Assembly: GCF_006345805.1 (NCBI RefSeq) | Contig: NC_042997.1 | Span: 104,408,001-104,472,000, forward strand | Direction of reading: 5' to 3' | Length of the DNA: 64,000 nucleotides | DNA from: Octopus sinensis | Taxonomy: Eukaryota | Shown: positions 53,806 to 64,000 of the stretch, one piece after another | How the letters are laid out: the number at the start of each line of letters is the position of its first letter | How positions within the stretch are numbered: position 1 is the stretch's first letter | The notes under the pieces: generated by a model | Told to the model about the DNA's origin: nothing | Seen by the model: only the letters and a program-made list of their open reading frames with translations | The model's database searches: none | Program-made: the position numbers and the translations under genes

Positions 53806-56800
53806 CCACACATCTCATGCACACGCGTACACAGACAGTTAGCAAGTAAAGCTTAACTTTACGTGTAGCTGATAAATATATCTTTTATGCCTCATCCCTC
53901 TTTGAAACTATTTCATTCCACTTCAGTCACATTGGCTTCGGGAAATTTATTAACGTTGCTACTAGTTATTCAGACATCCGCCGAAAATACGACACGTTGG
54001 AAATTACAAAAGTTTCATTTTTTTTTATATGTTACCATTATATCATTTATACATTCGAATCGGTAAAAAGGCTTTCCAGTATTGCTTGCGACGCTTTACT
54101 TTCTGAGCACAAATCCAAACAAAGTCTATTTTGCCGCTCATTATTTAGGGTCCATGAAATAAAGAACAATTTGAGTACTGGTGTCAATTATGCCAACAAA
54201 GTCCATTCCCATAAAATTGAGGCCTTATACCTAAATTAGGAACAATTATTTCAGCATATATTAGAGCTGTGAATTGATAGAATTATTAGGACGTTCAACA
54301 AAATGTATATCATTATTTCGTTCGGGTTTTTGCAATATGAGTTCGAATCCTGCTAAAGCCAGTTTTGCTTCTCATCAAGTATTAGGCTGAATATAATAAC
54401 CACTTCTCTTCCTCGAAATATGCGACGTTGTGTATGTACAAGAAACATTAACTTTTGTATTCATGCATTTTTTATGGATAGGCAGGATTTAATTATATAT
54501 CCTGAATAATGCTTTTCGTAAACGCACATCGCTCAATCAGTATAAAAGCAGATACGTAGATATGTATAAAGATTGAACAACTTATGTTAAAAATATGAAC
54601 AGATGACTAAGAAAAGAATATTATTAGATTAAATTTGAATCCGTGTTTTTATGTGAATTTGGTATTTTTCTTTTTAATTTTGTCTTGCTCGTGATAAGAA
54701 CAGTAGCCAGTATTAAGGTAGTTCGAACAACAGAAACGAACCAGTTTAGCAACATTTCAATAAAAATACAAATCTTCTAATCGAACAAGTAGAGCTGGTA
54801 AATATTTGCTGCTAAACAAATCCATTGATTTATATTCCTACTTCTAGTCGAGAGCGTTACAGAATCTTTTGGCCATTAAAGTGTTCAATAAAGACATAAT
54901 GTTCCGAACTATAATAGCTGTTATGTGTCATTCGCTATTGTGTCAGTTTAAGCGATAAATACTAGGCAGTGATAAAGGTGACTTATGCTGAGATAACAGT
55001 AACAGCTAAGAAAGTGATGAGTGCAAAAGACTTCCGGCAAATAATATATTATAAAAATGGCGCACATTTCTCCGCCATTCCGTCCACCTCGCCTCTACCT
55101 CTTCTATGGGATAAGCCTTCAATTGACTTCGCTATCAGCCATGATGGCGTTTCTTCCAGTTCTTTATTTCTCAAGTGATATAATTCGCATATGACAACTA
55201 GTAGATAAAGACTGCATAGACATACATATACAATAGAAAGTTGAGTGTATTCACAAATAGTCGAAGAAATGGAAAGAAAATATTCAGCAAAAGTAAACAG
55301 AAAAGCGAGAGAAAGAGCGGAAAAATGAATTGTGAAATAAATGGTTACGAGCATTTCGACTTTTATATTACAGACAATTGTAAGACGGAAGATATTTCGA
55401 AAAGCTGTCAATATAATTGATAAAACTCCAGATATCGTAATGGTTAGCATTTCGAATAGAAATAAATCGATTATGGCGAAGAAAACTAACGAAAGAATCA
55501 TTTTCATTCCAATATCTTTATTGAATTGTTAATGATGTTAAGTTTGAGATAGAATGTTTTTATTTGTTATCCATTCGTTCATTCATATAATCTCATTTCC
55601 TTCGGACTACTCATATCTGGTTTAAGATTGTGTTCGAGGTATGGAAGAAGGGGTAGGGTAGTATTTAATCTGAACAGATTAAATAATGCTGATAATATTC
55701 TCGGCTAGCATTATTCAGACTAAGTAATAAATTATATGGAATACAATTGTTAAAAAAATAGAATAAATATTTGATAACATATACAAAATATTCAATGATA
55801 TCGTACAATATTCATGCATTTTCAAGTTTTCCGTAAAATAGATAATGTTAGAGAAACTGTACAAAAATTACATTTCTAGGGAATTTTATACACATTCAGA
55901 CAAAAATTGGACAAAGTAGTTAATTATATGTTAATTGCTTTTGCATTCATTCTATATTCTAATTCTGCTTTTTCTGACTTCAGCCACTGTGCTGCGTTCA
56001 TGCTGGAGCACGGCGTTCTGGAGTTGTTAGCTGATATCAAGTCAAATACTTCAATTTGGTATTTATTGGTACAGACACAGACACGCACATACATATACAT
56101 ACATTATAATACACACACGCACACACATTTTTTATCTATTATTTGTGTCAGCCATAAGACAGCAGCTATGCCAGGGTCTAACGAATTGGCCACAGTATTA
56201 ATTCTTATAAGTCTGGCACTTATTCTATCGGATTCTTTTGCAGAACAGACAGGTTACGAAGAATTTTATTGAAGCCGGACAAGTTGTGCAGCAATGGAAG
56301 GACACGAGCACAGCAGGCATTCTGACTGCACTCATGCGTCGGAATTCATCCATCAACAGCAGGACATGGATTTAGGCTCAGTTGAGACGACCATGTGAAG
56401 CTGTTGGTGACTGTGGTCAATCCCTGGAGAGGGTTGTTGCTGGAAGGGCATATGTATATAAATGTGTGCGTGCGCATTTGTATGTATATATATAATTATA
56501 TGCATATACATATCTATTTACTGGCATACATGAATGTCTGGTTTAGACCTTCATTTCGCAAACTCGGGACTCAAGTCCAGGCACAATGTGCATCACCTTA
56601 GAAGTTTTACGTTCATTGAGGCGCGTAGCTTAGTGGTCAGGGTGTTGCAATCACGACTTGTTTCGATTTTCATCCAGTACGATGCGTTGTGTTCTTGGAC
56701 AAAACAATTCATATGACGTTGTTCCAGGCTAATCAGCGGGCAAAAATCAAGTAGTGTCTCTCAAATAAAAAAGAAAACAGGATCAAAACTCATTTCCGAT

Positions 56801-57282
56801 CCATGGGATCGGTGTCCCATCCTGATGATGGGAATATAAACGCCACAAAACCCGGGTAGTCCAATTGATTGAGAAGGAATTGTGGTCACTTTATTTTTTT
56901 AGTTGATAGAGAATGGTTGCTGAATAACATTTCCTGGAAACATACATATGCATATGTACGCCTCTCCCTATCTCTCTCTCCCCTTCTGTCTCTCTCTCCT
57001 TTCATATATATATATATATATACACATATATATGTATGTATATACACATATATATACACACACATATATGCATATATGTATGCGCGTGCATGTGTGTATA
57101 TGTATTTGTAACTGTATATATATATATATATATATAGTGAGAGAGAAAGAGAGAGAAAAGGGCTAGATGATGGGAAGAGAAAGTGAGCGATAGCCATCTA
57201 CGTATCACTTTGAATCTGAATATATTGTAAAAGCGAATTAACTGCAATATTCGTTTCTGCTTAAAATACAATATATATCATA

Positions 57283-57335
<53 letters not shown>

Positions 57336-57472
57336 ATATTCCTGAGATAATTACAGTGCAGTCAGTAGTATCCATGGACATCGTGTGGCTCATAGTGTTG
57401 CATTCATTAATTCCACATGCGAATTGTTGGCGATTTTCTTCCTCCGTCTTCCCTTATATTAGACTTACCTCT

Positions 57473-57508
57473 GCTTCTGAAGAAGAGCGTCTGCTCGAAA
57501 CGTTAAAC
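57473..57508 (+). ncRNA. Minimal type I hammerhead-ribozyme-like motif
   Basis: gctt-CTGAAGA-a-GAGC(gtct)GCTC-GAAA-CGT-T-aaac: complete catalytic core, 4-bp stem II, palindromic ACGT as stem III, stem I with 3 of 4 pairs. Confidence 0.6.
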
Positions 57509-57588
57509 CATCTTTCTTTCCCTCCTTGAATTCCACGTACGTACTCGCGTTGTTGTCTTTTTTTGTGATTGCTCTTTTTGGGATTTAC

Positions 57589-57622
<34 letters not shown>

Positions 57623-57674
57623 GCACACACACACACACACACACACACCACACACACACACAACACACACACAC

Positions 57675-57723
<49 letters not shown>

Positions 57724-58664
57724 GATGGAAATGAAAATCGTTTCAGCAGTGTATACTGAGTATGGCAGATAAGTCGTTAGGATTTCTCAATAACGTGTCC
57801 TCACAACTAACCACAAACGTAAATGAAAGGGGATATTCGCAATATTATTAAATATTTCTTCATACTTTTCCTGTATATCGATGTCAACAATTTACGTCTA
57901 GCATTTTTCAACAATAATTTAATATATATTCAAATAGTCACGCTAGAAACAAAGTCTCCTCAAGCATTACATTTTCAAATTACCCAGTTCGAAAAATTCT
58001 TACTAGATATATAAATACATGCGCAGCAACCAACTCATGACTGACCAATATGTCACTAACTGACTTTTTCTCTCAATACTCCTTTGTAAACACAGCAAAT
58101 ACTAACTTTCTCGGCAAAGAATATCATGAAGGGAATTCGACAAATCTGTTTTTATCGCTAGTTTGCAAGCATGACTGAAATCTAAACAATAGCAATAATC
58201 CTTCATTGAACAAGAAGAAATCGCCTCACCATAACGTTATATTAATTCACGCCGTACAAATGCATACTTCCCTCTTATACCCTTATCCTCTTTCTACGCA
58301 ACTACTTCCCCAATTTATCTATAATACACTTGATTGCTCCCAGTATAGTTCCACCTATCCACAAGAAACAATAAGCCAAAAACAACCCACATAAAACAGT
58401 CTCATGTAAGCGAGGAAGCCCAAATGTCAATTATCAACATTTTCTTTCTAAATGTCAGTATATCATTAACCTTGTGGCGGTAGAATCGCTAACAATATTT
58501 CGTCCGTGTTTACGGCCTGAGTTCAAATACCCCACCAAATATGCTAGCGTTGTGCCAAAATTTGAAACCAATATATATATATATATATATATGCCAAATG
58601 AAAGACTGAAGATGGAATATATATATGTATGTATTATGTATGTATTTCTTTATTGCCCACAAGG

Positions 58665-58868
58665 GGCTAAACATAGAGAGGATAAACAAGGAAAGACAAA
58701 GGGATTAAGTCAATTACATCGACTCCAGTGCATAACTGGTACTTATGTAATCCACCCCGAAAGGATGAAACCAAAGTCGACCTCGGCGGAATTTGAACGT
58801 AAGGACAGACGAAATACCGTTGAACATTTGGCCCGGCGTGCTAACAATTCTGCCAGCTCGCCGCCCTG
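58665..58868 (-). mobile_element. SINE family B
   Basis: Reverse complement of GGCGGCGAGCTGGCAGAA...CCGCCGAGGTCGACTTTG. Confidence 0.88.
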
Positions 58869-58876
58869 ATATATAT

Positions 58877-59218
58877 ACTCTTTTACTTGTTTACTTGACT
58901 GCGGCCATGCTGGAGCACCGCCTTAATCGAGTAAATCGACCCCAGGACTTATTCTTTGTAAGCCTAGTACTTATTCTATCAGTCTCTGTTGCCGAACCGC
59001 TAAGTTACGGGGACGTAAGCACACCAGCATCAGTTGTCAAGCGATGTTGGCGGGGACAAACACAGACACACAAACATATACACAGAAACATATACACACA
59101 CATATATATATATACGACGGGCTTCCTTCAGTTTCCGTCTACCAATTCCACTCACAAGTCTTTGGCCGGCCCGAGGCTATAGTAGAAGACATTTGTCGAA
59201 GCTGCCACGCAGTGGGAC
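58877..59218 (-). mobile_element. SINE family A, head truncated
   Basis: Same body as 17830-18232. Confidence 0.88.
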
Positions 59219-60535
59219 GCTGCATAGAAAATTACTCCCGGTTGCATATGGCATACCGCAAAATGAAAGGAAATAAACTTTTGATGATGTACCAGTCTCC
59301 ATATTCCTTATCATTATAAATTTTGCAAATATACACTCCAAATTATATTACACAGAATTACCCATCGCCGGGATATACAGCGTGAGCGACAACACCTAGT
59401 AGTCATAGACTTTAAATATTAATCCATGCGGTTAGCCGTAACCCGGAACATAACTGAGAGTTACTACCGAATCAGCTCATTTGATAAATCTCTCTAAAGA
59501 TACATACACACACACATACACACACACAAAACCTCTCTTCCCCCATGTGTGTGTACGCATATATGTATGTTTGTATGTATATATGTGTATATATATATAT
59601 GTATATATGAACGTATAAATTCTCAGGAAACTCTCCGTTTTTGCGATTAACTTTCATTCCCATACGGAATTAACCGTTTTTGCTATTAATCGTTTGCATG
59701 AATTGTCTGGAAGTTAATAGAATTTAAAAAAATATAAACACTATCTTTCCTGGTTTAGTACTTAGTATAACTTTATTTGTCATTGCTATCCAAATTCATG
59801 CCACTGGGCCTACGAGTAGATGTTTATCGTTGCTCAATTATAATTTTTTATTTATTCAAATTACCCTAGACCCAAAATATTATCTACTTAATTTTTATTC
59901 GTGTAATTGTGTGTCTGGTTTGTATCAACTTTTTAAGAACTGATGTGTTTATGTCTTCTAGTTTATAACTGTATAGCTGTCCTCTTGTCTCCAGAAGCAA
60001 AAATGAGACATACTTGACATTAATGATGTATCAATTCCATTGTACAAATCAGTTAAATTCGTTCAATGTATATAATCAACGCAGAAAAGTCCTTTATGTT
60101 TAGGAACAAACGCTCGCTGCATGACGATTTTACACTTTTGGGGTCTGAGAACTTCAGGTAAAATAGTGGTATCTTTCAAGATTTCAGTAACAGCTATAGG
60201 TAATACTTACCCCACTTAAATGTGAATGTATTGTTTGCGGAGGATGTCTCGAGAGAAGCTCTCATATTGACTTTTGGTGCAAAATGCGCTCTTTTGTTTT
60301 ATATAGCACTGAGACAATCAGATCACATGATATCGACCTTCCTTGGCGTTGAGAGTAATGGACGCTCGAGTGTTAAAGATAGCAGTAACTCTCCACTAAC
60401 GATATATAGAATAACTGTGCCAGAACAGGTGCTGCTGTTGCGATTAGCCAATGAGTATGTTACAAACTATATATTAGCGACATGTGCGAAACTTTCATAT
60501 TGTCTTTTGATGCAAATTGAATTCTTGCTTTTATA

Positions 60536-61660
60536 TTGGGTTGGCAGCTAAGTTCCCGCCGTTTTTTTTAATTTTGGAATTAATTGCGTGTTTAAATTTT
60601 GGAATCTATTTGTTTTCGAGAATTCTATTTTTGAGTAATTTTGGAATCTCTTTTTTTTTTCGTTAATTAATTTTAGTTAATTTTTGTTTATTTTTAGTTC
60701 ATTAAAATGGAATGTCAAGTTAAGAAAAACGAGCATTTTCGACACCTCCTTCTTTTTGCGTTTAATCAAGGTTATAAGGCAGCAAAAGCTGCTTGCGACA
60801 TTTGTGTTGTGTATGGAGAGGGTACCATCGCTGAAAGAACCGCTCGTGATTGGTATGCCAAGTTCAAAAATGGAAATTTTGACCTCTAAGACGCACCTCG
60901 TTCTGGTCGTCCAGTTGTGTTCGATGAAGAGCGATTAAACCAACTTTTGCACGATAATTCTCGTCAAACGATAAGGGAACTGGCAGAGAAAATGGAATGC
61001 TCCCACACTGCTGTATAGAAGCATCTTCACTCGATGGTAAATGTTCAGAAGTATCGAGCATGGGTTCCGCATGCTTTAAGGGACAACAACAGAAATCAAC
61101 GAGTCACATTCTCCGCTGGTTTTCATTCTCGTCACCGCTCAAACTCATGGACACAAGCAACGATTTCATTACCGAATCGTTACTGGCGACGAAAAATGGT
61201 ACCTGTACATCAATATGAAGCAGCGTAAGGAATGGTTTAACACAGGTAAACAAGCGACACCGCGCGTGAAACAAGATCTTCATCTGCGTAAAAATATGTT
61301 GTGCGTATGGTGGGACTGGGAAGGTATTATCCACTACGAATTGCTTGAACGGAACCAAACGGTCAACGCGGAACTCTATGTTCAGCAGATGGAACGACTC
61401 AACACGGCTATTTAAGAGAAAAGACCTAATCGTCAACATGGAGTTATTCTGCTGCAAGACAACACCCACCCTCATATCGCCAATATGACCAAGGAAACCA
61501 GTTAAACGCATGGCTGGGAAGTGTTGCTACACCCGCCGTACTCTCCTAGGCACCAACGGATTTCCACCTCTTTCGATCTCTTTCAAATGCTATGCGCGGA
61601 GTTTCGTTCAATACTGATGTAGAACTGAGAGCTTGGCTGGATCAATTTTTCGCGTTGCTA
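60536..61660 (+). mobile_element. mariner transposon (mellifera-like TIR), disabled transposase, 3'-truncated
   Basis: TA followed by TTGGGTTGGCAGCTAAG; MECQVKKNEHFRH, WVPHAL, TGDEKW, LQDN, HPPYSP..APTDFHLF; stops and frameshifts; no right TIR seen. Confidence 0.93.
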
Positions 61661-62213
61661 ATATATATATATTTTTTAGTAACACGAACATTTTTTTTAG
61701 GAAGATATATCTACGCTATTTCCAAAAGCAGCAATGTTTTTGATACTCAAACCTCGACACCCCTCAATTTTCAGTACCTAAAGTTAGATGAAAACAGTTA
61801 TGGAAATTAAAATTTCATTCTCACATAAATTATTTCTTCTCAGAGGCAACCAATATGGTTTATATAGAAATATGACAGCCTTCGCTTTTGTGTAATGCAC
61901 TTACTTCCTAAGGATTGGGGGAACTTAAGGTCAAACAGTGTTTTCTCAGGGATTTCGATAACGACTATAATAATATCTGGCATGAGAATCTCAGCAAAAA
62001 TTCTCACATACATATTGAATCCTCAATTGACTCTAAGGCTTTTTCGTAAAGTTGCTCCTTTACAGCGATTGTGAACGGGGTTCTCCAACCCACATTGTAT
62101 CAGATTCAGATTAACGTTGGCTTTATTTATATCTTGGTTATATACATAAATGTGTTCTTCGAGAGTACTTTGAATCACACATTTTCAGACAGTTCATATG
62201 TGTGATATATATA

Positions 62214-62253
<40 letters not shown>

Positions 62254-63002
62254 GTATGTATATATGTATATATATGAATATATGCACATATATGTATATA
62301 TATGAAAAATATATATATATATTATTCCGTTTGTATTCACATTTCAATGATACCTTACTTTCAAAGCATTTTTCCCATCATGCGCCGGTTTGACTATTTA
62401 TAAAGGTACCCCCCAAAAAACGCGTATCTCGGGAACCCATGGTCTGATTTATGCGATACTAATTTTATTCCGTTTGCATTCACATTCGTTGCTATGTATA
62501 GCAATGGATTTCACGTCTCTATATTCACACTTATCTCAAGATCTGACCAAAAATAGTGTTATATGCTCTCATATAACCCACTAATACATTTAAAATGTCA
62601 AACTTATACATATTGAAAAATATTTATCATATACACTAGGAACATATATACACCTAACTAAATGTGCATATAAGTTACATACTCTCACGCAAGTCAGACA
62701 CGATGCATACATTGACACGCTTATACATATATACAGTACTTAGCTTAGAACGTTTAGCAATAGCTATACAATCATGCATAGTTTGTGATACGCATAATAT
62801 TACACGGCTAAAAGCGCAGTGTGCGTGCATGTGTGTGTGTTTCTATGTATTTGTGTGTGTATAAATGAATATATATGTGTGTGTTTGTATCTGCGTGTGC
62901 ATGCGTATAGCGCTTGAAAAAACGCACACAAGCAAAATGCGAATCAGTATGCAAACCTAACGCGAACATACATACACGTGCACACAAAGAAGCTATATAT
63001 AT

Positions 63003-63048
<46 letters not shown>

Positions 63049-63549
63049 TGAAGCCCAACACGTTCACACCCACGCAAACAGGAAAACGGATATACACACA
63101 TACACACAAACACTCACAAACACCCACTCACACACTTGCACGCTTACACTTGGTGATAGTAACAATGATATTTGCTATGTCAAAACAACCACCGTATTAA
63201 GCTACTCAAATGTGATCCGAACCACTATTTCCCCGTTCACCCACACCACCACGGTATAGTTCTCCAGAGTAGTGAGCCATCTGCAATGCTGGTATTAATG
63301 TCAGAAGTCGGACGTCAGTATTGCTTTAATAGCTACCGTCGTGTTGGCGATCAGTACAAAGATGAAGCCGGCCGTGTGCAATTATCAATCATTTAGTGAT
63401 CGGATGAGGGTCGGAGAGGGTCATGTGCAAAGGGTCGGGGGTTCGCAGAGAGTAATTGAGGGAAGGAAAGCGGTCCCACAATGTGACAGATTTCGTTGAA
63501 TATACACATGAAGCTATATGTACAAACACGTAAATATATATTTCTGTGC

Positions 63550-63589
<40 letters not shown>

Positions 63590-63781
63590 TGTGTGTGCGA
63601 ATACAGGCACACACACGTATGCATGCATTAAAAGACAGAGAAGCAACTAAACTGAGGGAATGAGATTGGGAAACAGAGGCAGGCGATACCAACAGCGCAG
63701 TAGAATTACTGAAACTGGTTGTTAAACAAGCTTGTTAGATAGTTACAATGCCGGAATTAAGAATATATATATATATAATAT

Positions 63782-63871
<90 letters not shown>

Positions 63872-64000
63872 GTGTACATGTATATGTATTTGTATACAAC
63901 CAAATACACACACAATATATATGCGAATGCACATATTTTTGTGCGTGTGTTCCTGTGTGTGTGTGCGTGTTTGTGTGAATGTGTGCGTGCGTGTGTATAG

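Noticed and set aside
56797-56835. CTGATGA within two adjacent hairpins
   Set aside because: No stem II plus GAAA arrangement, so not a hammerhead; probably SINE tail structure.
63150-63420. GC-elevated 74-aa ORF
   Set aside because: No recognisable motif or consistent splice sites.

Overview
AT-rich, extremely repeat-dense eukaryotic DNA that is intronic or intergenic. The SINE families and the (TA)n/(CA)n/(TATG)n/(TAA)n load look like an octopod cephalopod genome; this is from recall and not verified. Nearly all ORFs in the supplied track are microsatellite or antisense artefacts, and no intact host gene can be supported, only a few low-confidence candidate minus-strand exons. The window holds: a young 5'-truncated R4/Dong-type restriction-like-endonuclease (REL) LINE plus five or more older copies, almost all ending in (TAA)n; two decayed L1/Tx1-type LINEs; a Penelope-like RT remnant and dispersed terminal repeats carrying minimal hammerhead-ribozyme-like motifs; three mariner elements, one Tc1 and one pogo-like remnant; four tRNA-derived SINE families; and several local tandem and inverted duplications. 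The best leads are the microsatellite-associated R4 family with a conserved 3' end, the hammerhead-like motifs, and a 167-bp fold-back duplication. I found no CRISPR array, rRNA or genuine tRNA gene.
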